The notes under the pieces were generated by a model that worked only from the letters and a program-made list of their open reading frames with translations, searched no databases and was not told the DNA's origin. Below, one piece after another: positions 49,649-63,479 of a stretch of DNA of 64,000 nucleotides. The stretch is taken from contig NC_043004.1 in the NCBI RefSeq assembly GCF_006345805.1, positions 35,898,001 to 35,962,000 on the forward strand. Reading direction: 5' to 3'. Origin of the DNA: Octopus sinensis. Taxonomy: Eukaryota. The translations under genes and the position numbers were made by a program. How positions within the stretch are numbered: the first letter of the stretch is position 1; every line of letters starts with the position of its first letter.

Positions 49649-50725
49649 GCAGCAGATGATTTGAGAACTATGATTGAAAGAATTTCTCTCCCCAAAAAAT
49701 AACAAAAAAAACCCAATATTTATTGATTGTTGTTTTGAAAGCTAAATAACATTATTTTAAATGTTAAAAGGAAGAGAAGTTTAAATGAAAATATAAAATT
49801 CTTGCACTCACCCAATAAAAAGAGAAAAATTACAAGAAAGTGCTTCATAAATCACCATTAATGAGACAACAAAAGGACATTATTCCAATGTTGTGCTGTT
49901 AATGAGCAAATAGAGGCAGGCACAATATCTGCAACACTACACAAATTTTCACTGTTCCTCAATGTAAATGAAAGTTTACCCTAGAATTCAACTTTGGAAC
50001 TGATTTTCAAGACTGCAAACTCTGAGATTATTTATTAAAATCGGTTTTAAATCCTTAAATAATGTAACTTGTATCATTGTACTTCAATTCAATTATAGAA
50101 ATTTGCATGTTTGGTTTCCAATTTACTTTAGGTAGAGGCATAGTTGGGTTGTTTCGATGTTCACTTTGGAATTACATGTGGTTAAGTATTCGGTTCCACA
50201 ATGTGGATGAATTTGCCTGGTGTCTTCTAATACAGCTGTAGGGTGTCCAATAGATGGAAGCTGGAAGAAGCCTGTCATTCATATATATGTATATAAAAAA
50301 AATGAAACAAAAATGCAATATGTGACAATAAAACATTTGAACAGATGGACGATACAACACTGGACAGGAGAAACAACAATTAGAAGGACAGGAGAAAAAA
50401 AAATGACAGGTCATTCATGGCCTTCTTTCTTCAGCCAAGTTACCTGGTGTCCTTACTGTTTCGGGCAGTTACACTTGAGACAGTTCGATCTGGTTGCCCC
50501 CCAAAAAGTCTTAGCTAATAGCATTAGATTTTTTGTAAGAAAGCTAGCAAATGTGTATGGCAACAAAGACAAAAAAACTGAGAACATGGGTACACAATTA
50601 CAAATACAAACAACAAGAATATAACAACAGGTGTCTTTTGACTGAGAACGAATCAAATTGAGCTGCTGTGTATGAAGTGAAAGCCTAAAGGCAGAAACAT
50701 AGGAGATGGACATAAGAAGTGTTGC

Positions 50726-50758
<33 letters not shown>

Positions 50759-51559
50759 CATACATACATGTATATATGCATGCATGTGTGTATGTGTGCA
50801 TATGTTTCTGTGTGTATGTGCATGTATTTGTTTGAATGAGTTTGTATTTATTTCCCCTCACCTTCACATGTGTATGCTTTGATAGTAAACAAATTCCTCA
50901 ACACCAATTCAGAGTGCTATTTGATTGCTGTCCTCCACAAAAGCATACCAGGGCTGATTATTCTTTGGTTGACTTAGGGATTATTACCTTACTTGGAAAT
51001 TAGGGTTGGTGTAATGAATTGCATCCTATCATGGAAAATTCTCCTTCAAAGTAGTCTCTCCTGATCATGGAAAATAGACAATCAAACAGCAATGATATTT
51101 ATATGGGGATGCAGTGTATTGAAGTAAAATATTTGAGATTATATATTTTATTTCAAGGTTCAATCACTGAGCAACTTAATTTGTGTCTTGCAGATTAAAG
51201 TTTCACGCCAAGTCACATCAAACTTTCTTTTACTCCAGCAAATAAATTCTTATTATTATCTAGTTTTGCATCTTAATTCACTTTGATTGTTTTAATATTT
51301 TGTAACTTTTCGAAGATATTACTCATAATCTGCCTTGAAATTTCTACAATTGCCCAGGTTACAATTTCTTAATTAAGTTCCAAGATAGTATTTTCCAATT
51401 AACCCCTCAAGTCACCTTGAAAGTTAACCTTGAAATTTCTGGGTCATAATTTCCCCATGAATTGCTTGCAAAAAAATCTATTTAAAGTACAGAAAGTACC
51501 AAATGGTGGAGTACTAACAGAGATGAAATTAATTTATACTTAATTATGAAGCCTACTGG

Positions 51560-51865
51560 TGCATAGCTTAGGGATTAGGATATTTGGCTCACAATCATAA
51601 GGTTTTATTCCTGGTAGCTGTCTTTGAGCAAAACACTTTATTTCACATTGTTCCAGTTAATTCAGCTGGAAAAAAGGAGATATACATGTAATTCAAAAGG
51701 GGCCAGCCTCATCACATCCTGTGTCATATTGAATCTCCCTCACAGCTATGTTAATGGTATGCATGCCTGTGTAGTGCTTAGCCACATGCACATTAATTCC
51801 ATGAACTGCCTGTTCCATTGATCAAACCAACTTGAATACTCATTGTTATAACCAAGAGAGACTCA
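51560..51865 (+). mobile_element. Family-C-headed SINE, diverged
   Basis: 'catagcttagggattagg..ctcacaatcataagg..ctttgagcaaaacactttatttcacattgttccag'. Confidence 0.6.
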
Positions 51866-52450
51866 GAGAAATGAAACCTACAATTAGTTAAATGCTATCA
51901 AGTAGTCTGTACCTTATTGTTCATACAGTATTTCTACCATCAAAGTTAAAATAGTTCCTTGTAATAAACAGTAAAACAGTTCTGACTTCAGGCTTTCCTG
52001 CAGACTTGAGTCATGTTTTGTAAAAAAAAGTGTTAACAATGCAGTTTTACTTTCACTTGTATCGTTATTTCTTGAGATCGGATTCAAAACAGATGAGTTT
52101 GAATATTTATTGTGACAGATCAGTTACCGCTGTGTGAAATTGAATGATGTATTTCTAAATTATGTAAAAATAATTACTCATGTTAAAAATTAAGCAAATA
52201 ACACACTTAACACAACTTTATTTTCACCTCTTTCCTTACATCGAGTTTTCTCGACTGGTTTGTTGAGACAGTTGTCACCGTTTACCTAAAATATCTTCAT
52301 ATTCCTATGGAAGAAAAAAATTTCATCCTTTAGAGTTTAACTGTAGTGGAAAGAAAGTCAACTTGATTGCAAGGAAGGAAGCAAAACATTGTAAATTCAG
52401 GCTTTGGTAATGCAATATTGCTGCTGCTGCTGCTAAGGATGATGATGATG

Positions 52451-52480
<30 letters not shown>

Positions 52481-52483
<3 letters not shown>

Positions 52484-52796
52484 GGCATGAATGCTGTGAG
52501 TAAAGAGGTTGAAAAAGTCACCAGGTACACCAAATTGAAGGTGGAAATGGCAAGAATGTATGGAATGTGAGAGGGTAATGTAAAAGTGATCGGAGGGTTG
52601 AACTCAATCCCACTGAAACTTCAAAACTTCTTAAGGCAGCTCGAAATCCCATGCAAGATTGATGTCTTGCAAAAAGCAGCCTTATTGGGCACAGCACATA
52701 TCATAAGGAAAGTATTATCTGTCTGAGGTTCTAGTTGTGTCTTGACACATGACTAAAGACTCCTGTGCATTTTTACCTACACTGTGTTACGAAGGA
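52481..52796 (+). mobile_element. R4/Dong-like LINE 3' end inserted in (AAT)n
   Basis: 'KEVEKVTRYTKLKVEMARMYGM*EGNVKVIGGLNSIPLKLQNFLRQLEIPCKIDVLQKAALLGTAHIIRKVLSV*' plus ~70-nt UTR; AAT repeats on both sides. Confidence 0.85.
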
Positions 52797-52802
52797 ATAA
52801 TA

Positions 52803-52846
<44 letters not shown>

Positions 52847-53204
52847 AATAATAATAATAATAATTTAAAAGGATTGACATAACACCTCACAAAAGTAGAT
52901 AGACAATATGATGAGTGAGATGCGATTACGATAGATGTTTTATTGTTTGAGCGATACAGTGACAGCTAGCCTGTCTTTATTGAGTTCAAAATGAAAAGTA
53001 ATAACATAGAAATTCAGAATTATGGAAATTCAAATTCAAAATCTGAACGAGGCAACCGGTATTCCCATGTTGATGGAATTCTATCATCAGTCTTCAGTTT
53101 TCAAGTTTACAACTGGCAAAAAGAAAAAGAAAGAAAAAAAACAGAAAAAAGAAAAGAAAACAAAATACTTAATCAAACAGTTTTGTGTAAATATGAGGAG
53201 ATTC

Positions 53205-53587
53205 TCATGTCGTTTTGTTCATCCCTCCAGGGCTTGATGCTAATAACGTATATCTCTTCTCATGCATTTTAAGGACTGAAAGTGTAGCAGATTCAGGATA
53301 GTTTCTGAGAATATGTACTTTTAAGTCTTTTTCAAAATTGCAGCTGTTTGATGCAAAACATTCAGCAAGTTCTGCCAAACTACTATTAGTGTGTCTGATG
53401 TCATATCTGTGGCCATTGAATCTTTTGTTTAATTGTTCTGTTGTGCAACCAACATAAATCAAGTTGTGCTTCATGCATTCTGCCATGTACACCAAATGGG
53501 AATCTATACACATCCAACTTTCCATATAAATCATAACATTCCTGTTATGATTCCTCATGGAATTGACTTGACTCATGTTGTTGCACA
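53205..53587 (-). pseudogene. Inverted copy of the PLE GIY-YIG domain
   Basis: 'HLVYMAECMKHNLIYVGCTTEQLNKRFNGHRYDIR...SPGGMN'. Confidence 0.85.
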
Positions 53588-54056
53588 TCATATAATTCAG
53601 TAAAATCCGAAATTCCAATTTTTGAGGTTAAAACGGATTTGTACTGATATAGGGGATTACTGGAAACATGCAAATGCTTTTGTAGGCCATTATATCAAAC
53701 GCAGTTACAGTGAATCACAATTAAAGGAGATTACAAATTACAAGATTCTAAGATTAGAAAGGAAAGTCAAACTTTCACACATAATTTTGCAAACAAAATA
53801 CAATATGTGACAGAATTCCTTTAGTGATTAACTGGCACAAAAATATCGCTGGCATTTCAAAAGTGTTACATGAAAGTTAGCAGCCTGATGCAGAAAAATA
53901 TCCTTGTTTCAAACTTATATTTCTTCAGTTACATATTGTAGCCTTCAGATGGAATAAACCTCTTTATTATTACCTCTGCATCTGACTTCAAGAAAATTAA
54001 CAGTGGAGTTTCTGCATGCTGTACCTTGAAAAGCAGCTGCAAGAGAGCCCTGTTCA

Positions 54057-54476
54057 TTGTTCAACAACATGAGTCAAGTGAATTCCATGTGGAATCATAA
54101 CAGAAATGCTATGATTTATACGGAAGGTTTTATGTGTATAGATTCCCATTTGGTGTACATGGCAGAATGCATGAAGCAAAACTTGATTTATGTTGGCTGC
54201 ACAACAGAACAATCAAACAAAAGATTCAATGGCCACAGATATGACGTCAGGCACAATAACAGTCGTTTGGAAGAACTTGCTGAATATTTTGCATCAAACA
54301 GCTGCAATTTTGAAAAAGACTTAAAAGTACATATTCTCAGAAACTATTCTGAATCTGCTACACTTTCAGTCCTTAAAATGCATGAGAAGAGATATATGTT
54401 ATTAGCATCAAGCCCTGGAGAGATGAATAAAATGACAGAAGAATCTCCTCATATTTACACAAAACTGTTTGATTAA
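54057..54476 (+). pseudogene. PLE GIY-YIG endonuclease domain
   Basis: 'HLVYMAECMKQNLIYVGCTTEQSNKRFNGHRYDVR...LAEYF...LKVHIL...SPGEMN'. Confidence 0.85.
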
Positions 54477-54745
54477 GTATTCTGTTTTCTTTTCTTTTTT
54501 CTGTTTTTTTTTTCTTTCTTTTTCTTTTTGCCAGTTGTAAACTTGAAAACTGAAGACTGATGATAGAATTCCATCAACATGGGAATGCTGGTTGCCTCGT
54601 TCAGATTTTGAATTTGAATTTCCATAATTCTGAATTTCTATGTTATCACTTTTCATTTTGAATTCAATAAAGACAGGCTAGTTGTCACAGTATCGCTCAA
54701 CCAATAAAACATCTATTGTAATCACATCACACTCTTCGTATTGTC

Positions 54746-54776
<31 letters not shown>

Positions 54777-55299
54777 TATTATTATTATTATTGGCCACAA
54801 CGAAGTGTTTCCAAAATGGTTAGGGGGTATATGGTGGGGTGCAAATTCATAGTACAGTATATTGAAATTAGTTACAATAGTGTAAAAAAATAACACAAAC
54901 AACTCCTTCACACAACAGTGAGCTACTTCCAAGAAGGTAGGATCAGAACTCCTCATGACTCTGGCCATCTTTTATTCCAATCACCGTCAGTAAATTGAAA
55001 TATAAATCCATAATTGTCCCTAAGCATTCTTTTGTTTTTGTTAATTTAAGAGAATAGCCTCTGAACAATATTCCTTTCACTGTTGATGTGATCATGAAAA
55101 GTTTCAATTTTACTTTGAAATCCCTAAAGCAACCTCTAAATTTACTTGTCTAAATTATATTCTACCATTTTACTGAAATAAAAAAGTAGTTTTTACCCAA
55201 CACATTTTAAAACAATTTATTTTTTAATTCTGTATTTTCACAAACTTCTTCAGATTTGGCTTTCATCATATTTTTAGATTATCATCATCATCATCATCA

Positions 55300-55340
<41 letters not shown>

Positions 55341-55719
55341 TGCATTCCCACTTGGTCTCATGCAAACAACATTTGAATTATTTGTTTTAGCTTGTAATTT
55401 AGCATTAGAATATTTAACAAATGGCCATTGTAACAAATGATCATTATATCTCATTATTACAATGGTTATTACATCCAGTTATTACAATGATCATTATATC
55501 CAGTTATTGCTATGAATTTGTTTTATCATGATATAACCAACAATTGTTGAATAAAAAAAAAGTGACAATGGCCTTTCATGAAACCATATTACTTTATTTT
55601 TCTTTTCATTAGTTAACCATGAAATGAATATTTATTCAATAATTTGCCATGAAAGACATGATTAAAATTGAAATATTTTCACATTGTTTATTCACAGTTT
55701 GAAGCCCTGCAATAATACA

Positions 55720-57541
55720 CAGCAAAATATGACGAATTTTTGGAGATAAATTTCAAGAATTGATTCAAGGTAAGATCAAGATGAAAACGAAGAGAGGGAT
55801 AATGTTTTGAAGCAAGAATTTACTGAACATCAAACCTTAATATTAACATATGATGAAATATCTGAGAGTGTGCATCTTGAAAGAAGAAATCTTTCAGATT
55901 GTTGGGGTATGAAGCAGGCAGAAAAATTCATGATAACTTATGACAGGTTACTTGCTGTTAATTAGAAACTCAACTCTCATCCCTGAGCAAACTTTGGGTC
56001 CAAAGTATTAAGAGAATACATACTTTAAAAGAACAGAGAAACTGTAATGTTGAAGCATCAGAAAGCAATAATGTAGTCCAGCAGGCATATATTAGAAAAG
56101 AAATAAATAACTTTTATCAAAAGCCCATAATAAATGTGTAAAGCAACTCAAAAACATTGAGATGTTATTTTGTCAACAACCATTGACAAAATATTGAAAG
56201 AACTTATATAAACATCACATAAAATTTTCAATACTGTCTACAATATAAAAAAAAAAACAAAACAGGCCATTTCCAGATATTGAATTACAAATAAAAAATG
56301 GATCAGATATAGGAATTGGACTTTGTTCTAGCAAGATAACTGTAAAACATTTGATTATATTGTGAAAGAAATTAAAAATGAAATATTTTTGAAAAATTCT
56401 TCAGAAATGAAAACTTTGTGCTATCATTGATGAGATTCTGATGATTTCAAGTTGACCAGTTTTGTCATTTTTATAAAAGTTGAGGATTATGGTTTTTTCA
56501 CCAACAAATTTTCTCAGTTTTCATGATCTGAAAGAACACAATACAGAAACAATAAACAATTCCATTTTCCAGTGTCTGAATTTTTCAGGATTTGGTAATG
56601 AATATCTAAAAATTAACCTGAATGCATTTGTTCTGATGGAGCAAGTGTCATACTTGGCAAGAATTCAGGAACAAGTGTTAAACTTAAAAACAATTTTCCT
56701 GAGATCATAATTTGGCACTGCTCGAGTCATCATATGCACTTTGTTTCAGGTGATTCTCTCAAAGACATCAAACAAATGAACCACTTCAAATATATCTATT
56801 GATTAAATATGCAGGATCATTCACCAATCAAATGGAGCTTACCAAAATTTCAAGGCAACTTGGATTAGAAATCCAAAAGTTTACTAGAGTTTTAGAACCA
56901 AGATGGGTTGCTAGTATCCTTAGATCAACAGCTGCGTTAAGGGGTGTTTATCCAGCAGTATTTGAATATTTTTCTTCTGGGGAAAATATGAGGGAATGTT
57001 TAGTTGTCTTTCATGCAAATCTTTTGTGGAAGATTTAAACATCAAGATAGATGTGTTTGAAGAAATTTCATTACTATCAAATGCATGTTGAGCAAGAAGT
57101 CGAAATCTATTACAAAGTAAAACATTACTAATAAGTTCAATGAATGCTGTTAAAATGCACAGCGAGTGGAATGGTAACTATGGAAAGAAAATAGATGAAA
57201 AGCATTTCAACATAAAAAAATAAGTAAGCTATCCACGTGAAAGATAATTGGATGTAATAAGAAATATAATACTGAGTTTGATTATAAAATGAGAAGTAAG
57301 GTCCAAGAAGCTAACAAAATTCTCGAACTCAAATTTTTGGGACGTTGATGAACATATCTTCTGCTAAGTGACTGAAAAAAAGCTAGATGGGTTCAAAAAT
57401 GATTTCACCATGTTGAAGATGTTACCCAAAATTGCCATAAGATCTCAATGACAATACAAAAGGTAAAAATATAAACACACACACATATATATATGTAACA
57501 TACACAATCACTCCAAATTCTGTTGAGACAGAAAGAAGGAA
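55720..57541 (+). mobile_element. hAT transposase relic, KIAA1586/ZNF862-like
   Basis: 'IIWHCSSHHMHFVSGDSLKDIKQMNHFK', 'NQMELTKISRQLGLEIQKFTRVLEPRWVASILRSTAALRGVYPAVFEYFS', 'TITPNSVETERR'. These correspond to hAT CxxH, RW and C-terminal SxxxER motifs; many stops and frameshifts. Confidence 0.8.
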
Positions 57542-60500
57542 CTTGTCTTTATCTTTTAGAAGAACCTATTTCTCTCATCTGTTTTCATTGTTTTAAGTTC
57601 GATTTTCTTTTCTTGTGAGTTTTCCTTTTTGTTCTCTTCATATTTTCACTGAGAACTTTGAAAATTTTCATCTGCAAACACTGTTTCTTCCTTATCACAT
57701 GATGATGTTGTGCTACAGGCTGATGATGTTAGAAGATGAGGTATTTGCTCATCAGTTTGTGGATACTTGACCTAACCCCCAGAGTTTTGACTGATGGTGT
57801 TCTGGAGACTGGGGCTGTTCTTTTTGCTGTTGATCTTTATTACTTTAGTTTTTTTTTTTACTTAATATTTCCACTTCTTTTGAGGATTCTCTTTAAGGTG
57901 TGTTTTACTCTCATAAATATAATAACTAGGCCTTCTACTGCAGTGTACCATCAATCTCATGCTTTTTGTTTCCTTGTGCTTTCTCCTAAGTACATTTCTA
58001 CTATGTCTCTATGGCTTTCAGCTGTCATTAGGACTTCTAATTTCATTTTAATATCACCTAACCACAAGTTACCTTTAATAAGCCTGCTTTGTCTATATTG
58101 TAACACAAGCATTATGACTAGCCATGGATCTAGTGTCTTAAGTTTCTTTGGCCCATGTACTGCAGTACAAATGTATAATCAGAGATATTTCTGGACAATT
58201 CCAGCTTGTGTTTTCGCTGTGTCTTCAGTTATAAAGTTACAACAAATAGTGCTACTGGTTTTGTGTTATTCAGTTGAGGTTTCCCCTGGAGAGTTTGTTG
58301 TTCTTCATGTAGACAAAATGTAATTTATTCCTATCTTTTTATTATCAGTGATTCACAATTTTTCTCTTTGTTCTCTCTGCTGGATTTTTTTCCTGTGGCA
58401 AAGAAAAGCTGAGCAGTCTCACCACATTCTCACATCTGCATTTTTCTCTGTAACAGTGATAGGTGAAAAAATTGCATATGCTCATTTTCTGATGCACAGA
58501 TGCTATATAAATAGAACTTCAGCCTTTGGAATCATGCAACAGTTACTGCTACTATTGTTCTTGATCTTGTTATTGTTACCCTCTTCCAAATGACTTATTT
58601 GAGTGTTTGGAACATTTCCTTCCATTAACTGTTCATGGTATTTTTCCTCTTCTTCATCTACATTTAGTTGCATTTTTTGATTTGGTGTTTTTGTCTTTCT
58701 TGCCATTGCAGTGTTTTTGTCCTTTTCCCGACTCAATCAAATAATATCAAAAAGTATTCTAGGCTGTGGATAAGTTAAAAATATAAAATATTGACTAAGC
58801 TGGAAAGAGTTAAAGCACAACCGAAATTCATATAAAAACACTAGCTATACTTGAGTCATTCCGCAAAAATCAGAAATAACAAACGACAAAGAACTCCAGT
58901 GGTTAGTTATGTGAGGAAGATGTAAGGATGCTGAATGAAATGGTTAAGAGCAAATGACGAGACATTACTCCTATCAAAGAAAAATGGAATCAAGATGTAC
59001 ACATATATTTTTTACTGTTTTTGATTGATTGGAACTGGTTACATCCATGACCTTTGCACACCCTCTGAGCCCATAAAAACAAAGGCAAGGAGAGAATTTT
59101 CGGTTTATAAAGGAAACAAAATTTGAATAGCAATGGAAGGATGCCAATGTATAAGAAATGGGAGACTAGGAAAAGACACCATCCTATTAAATGAGAAGAT
59201 AGTTCAATATTTTGGATAGAAAAAGAGTTGGAATTTAATGATGACTATCTTAGAATAATAGGGGTGGGGTGACGAAATGGCACATGGAAAGAAATTTAGT
59301 GGAATCTGGAAACGAAACTCAGTTAAAACCATTTTTTTTTTTTTGTAGTTAATAACGATTTTTTTCCTTTACAAAGAGTACTGACAGAGCCAAAATGAAT
59401 TGTAAGTCAATCTGAAGAAATAGAGTGGAAACATCGCATGAGGATACTGACGGGAAGAATTTCTTTGAAGTGTAGAAATATAATAATTGGCAGGGTTGGA
59501 GGTGGGAGAGAAGTACACCATAATAATATACTTAGTCGGAATTTATATTTTCTGTTCATTTAGTTTTGCTTCAAGCAATTGTAGAACAATATGTATTGCT
59601 ATATATTCTTCTGAGAGAATTTTTGGACAGTATACGTTTCGTCATAATGATCTCGGGAAGTTTTTTCCATTCAAAATTTGTTCCATTATTTATGAAGGCA
59701 GACAGACGTCTTTGTCATAACTCATTGGTTCCAGTGAAGAATATGGTAAATAGCATATTTGTTGTTTGATTCTTTACTGTTACTGCAAGATATATTTCTA
59801 AATGTCCAACACAAAAAATATATAAAAAACAAAAATGAGTTTCTTGGATAGAGGTTTCAAATGGGTGTCAGTGTCGTGTGTTGGAGGTCCACCTGGTTAA
59901 ATTGAATTTCTTTTGATGAAGCACAAGGGTTCTACACCTACAAATACAGTGCACATCACAAGACAGTGATACTCAACACTAGAAGCAATGTTTGTGGTCC
60001 TGAATTCTACCTCTATGGGGTACCTACTTAAATGTAGATGGAGCTGTTTAAGAGTTAAATTTCTATACTAATTTATGCATCCGCTTATGCTTTAATTGTA
60101 AACAAATATTAAACTTGTTTGTGATGTTGATCAAGTAAATATTTAATGAATAATTCCTAATCAACTGCAATAAATATTGAGACGAGGTTTATTGAGGAAA
60201 TAAAATCACTATTTAAAGGGATATTTTTATAAACATTGATCCTCGCAGAGCATACTTGCTTTGTTGAAAACAAAATTACAGGTTTTGGCAGCACAAGATG
60301 TTTTTGTTTGGTAAATGATAAAGATAGCAACACATTATTATTACTGACTCCTGTGCAATTGACACAGCGCAATGAATTGCAGCTTTGTCAAGGTGGTTAT
60401 TAATGTGTAAATTGCACTTGATAGCAGGAGACTGCACCGAGAGAAAATAGCAATCTTTGCTGGAATGTATTTAAATAGATTTATTGTTTGAAATACAGAT

Positions 60501-60744
60501 ATACAGAGGCTTTTTAATGCAAACGATATTATAGATATCTTTAGATTTAATAATAATAATCAATATGTTAGGGAAAAAAAAAATGAAACCCCTACAGATT
60601 CTGAAATGGTGCATTGCTGAAAGGATAGCCAAACTGAATTATCATAGGTTTATGATTTCAAGGTAAACTTCTAATCCAATTATGGTATTAGGTATTATAC
60701 TGTTATACCATACTGTATGGCATGATATTGTTATACATTATACA

Positions 60745-61045
60745 GTTGAGAAGTTTGCTTCCCAACCACATGGTTTCAGGTTCAATCCCACTGCATGTTG
60801 CTCTGGGTAAGTGTCTTCTACTACAATATATATATATATACATATATACACACACATATATATATATATACATACATATATAGGCATGGGAGTGACTGTG
60901 TGCTAAGTAGCTTGCTTACCAACCACATGGTTTCAGGTTCACCTTGAACAAGTGTCTTCTGCTATAGCCCCGAGCCAACCAAAGCCTTGTAAGTGGATTT
61001 GGTAGACAGAAACTAAAAGAAGCCTGTTGTATATATATATATATT
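60745..61045 (+). mobile_element. Two truncated family-A SINE heads
   Basis: 'cccaaccacatggtttcaggttcaatcccactg' and 'ggcatgggagtgactgtgtgctaagtagcttgcttaccaaccacatgg'. Confidence 0.8.
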
Positions 61046-61505
61046 TCTGTGAGAGTTAGAGATTGGGAAGCCAACCAACTAAGGGATAGTTCCTAGCCAA
61101 TATACTGTACCCAATTATTCATACCCAAATGCTGGTTATTGCGTGGCAAATTCGCAATTGAGAGTCATATATGGACAGGAGACAATGTAATTATTTTGCT
61201 TTCTATTATTGATGTAAATTTGTTACAAATGGTTTATCCTTTATGTCTGAAATCTTAAATAGCCATCTGCATCTGAAGAGAGCATTTCTTTCAAATTGAT
61301 GTAATGTTTTCAATGATCAATTAAAATGGAGTCACTTGAAACGGCTGTATTGTATTGAAACCTGTATATCCTTGTTACTTATTTACATTCTGTTCACCTA
61401 ACTTGGAGCTGTGCAGAATATACCAAACTGGCAAGGTGCCTTAACTTACATACTTAATTCAACTGAATCTTAATTATATTTTGTGTGTGTGTGTGTGTGT
61501 GTGTA

Positions 61506-61538
<33 letters not shown>

Positions 61539-63091
61539 GTGTGTGTGTGTGTGCGTGTGTGCGTGTATCTCTTCGTCTTATAATCACAAGACTGTTCTCT
61601 ATGAATGTCATTCACTTCCAGGCTTCTGTCAAACAGATGTCTGGCCATGAAAAAGTATTACTTTGCTTAGAAACTAGCAAGAATTGATAACAGGAAGAGC
61701 ATCCAGCCATGCAAATCTTGCTCAATAAACTACAACCATGCAGGCAATGAAAGTGGATGCTAAAATGATTATGATTATTGGTAATTAAATAGATATTCCT
61801 TTAATAAACATCATATTTCCCTGGCCTCATATGTGAATCATCCATAATTTTGATCTTTTGGTCTCTCTCCTGCTTAGTCTATAATTGTCCTGCTCAGCTT
61901 CTTTCCAACCTTTTTAGCTGAGGGTGGATATCAAGGTCACTAACTGAGTCCTAGAACTGCTCAGTTATTTAACCTTTAATCCTAGAGTTTCCAAACTTTT
62001 CTTCTGTATGGAACTAAAATTCACACACACTGTAAACCCTCATAAACAATGACCATTCATCTGTAAAATATTTCTTTCACCACAACCATCTAGTGTCTCC
62101 CTTCTCAAACTAAACTGAAATTCTCTCTTTAAGCTGGTTTCTTTCTAGAAAATTCCATCTACAGTTTAACAAAGCACCAATAAAGATCAAGATGGACCCT
62201 AATTATCCTAACCTCTTTGAAGAATGCAATTGTATCTACCTAATACTTCAGATCTTCCCCCAAGTCAAACAGCTGTTATATGTATGTATGTATGTATGTA
62301 TGTAAGTATGTATGTGCTGATTTATATGTTTTATGTATGTGTATGTATGTATGTATGTATGTATGCATGCATGTATGTATGTATGTATACACACATCCCT
62401 TATTTCTCAAAGCCACTTCACTCAGCAGGGAAGAGATTACCTATTTTATCTCAGACTTCAAAAATTACCTTTTTGTATTGATTTCCGTTTCACTTACTTC
62501 CATCATTCATTCACTTTTCTTGATTCATTAATTACTAATCATATCATCCATTTTCTCATCTTTATTTACTTTAAAGTCTGTGATTTTTCTCATCGTCCTC
62601 CCCTATCTCTAAGAACATTCAAAGACTCTCCAAAACAATGGTCCAACATCTTATTCCACAAGCCACCTGTTACTCTCCCAGACTGTAACACTGCCTTCTA
62701 GCAACAATTGTCACACATCCACAGACTTAAGAACATATATTTCTACTTCACTCTTATACAACCACTATCTTTGATGGATTGTAAAGTAATACCACTCTCT
62801 ATAAATACTTATATATCACCTAACCCTAACCATTTCATAGTACTGCCACCTTTGATGTTTCCCTGTCCATTGATGTAGTCTCCTATCACCTATCATCTTT
62901 CTCTGACTCTTTTCTTACAGTATATACTTTTTCTTTATACTTTTTCATTACTCTCTCTTTTTCCACCTCATTTTTTTCTTCTATTTGTATGTACATGCTA
63001 TGTTACACACATGGATATTCACAGGTACATGTATATTTGCACACGAGTATATTTATGTATACACAGAGAGAAGATATTTATGGAAAGAATA

Positions 63092-63274
63092 TATCTGTTT
63101 CTTTACTACCCACAAGGGGCTAAACACAGAGAGGCCAAACAAGGACAGACAAACGGATTAAGTCAATTACATCGACCCCAGTGTGTAACTGGTACTTAAT
63201 TTATCGACCCCGAAAGGATGAAAGGCAAAGTCGACCTCGGCAAATTTGAACTCAGAACGTAGTGGCAGACGAAA
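63092..63274 (-). mobile_element. Family-B SINE, 5'-truncated
   Basis: Very similar to 18322-18500. Confidence 0.88.
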
Positions 63275-63479
63275 TGGAGAGAATGTATCAATATGTGAAT
63301 ACCTACTCTAGAGAGAGAGAGAGAGAGAGCATTCTCTCAAATCAACATCTTTACAATTGATTAAAAGTGTGATTAACAATATGTATGGTATTGCACCCAC
63401 AAAAGTGGTTGAACTATAAGGGAGAGTAAGTTGCCTCTTCCATTTGTAGACTGGGGTGACACCTTGGGATAGTGCAAAC

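Larger units (their letters stand above)
52900..54747 (+). mobile_element. 5'-truncated Penelope-like element with ~690-bp inverted arms (52900-53587 and 54058-54747)
   Basis: The spacer encodes PLE RT-thumb/linker-like sequence ('RLKRICTD..YWKH..KRSY', 'RIPLVINWH', 'IVAFRWNKPL', Cys cluster). Both arms encode GIY-YIG and differ by roughly 10% by eye. Confidence 0.9.

Noticed and set aside
54555-54600. Possible SECIS element (some Naiad PLEs encode selenoproteins): ATGA-stem-AA loop
   Set aside because: The 3' side reads GG rather than the required GA, and there is no in-frame TGA at Cys positions in the GIY-YIG ORFs.
57736-58323. 195-aa hydrophobic ORF
   Set aside because: T-rich antisense shadow of an A-rich decayed element; no family motif or splice context.
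59840-60060. Possible piggyBac end ('ttaagagttaa') with nearby Cys codons
   Set aside because: No matching second TIR or transposase motif found.
62818-62832. Telomere-like (CCCTAA) repeat
   Set aside because: Only about two units; expected by chance.
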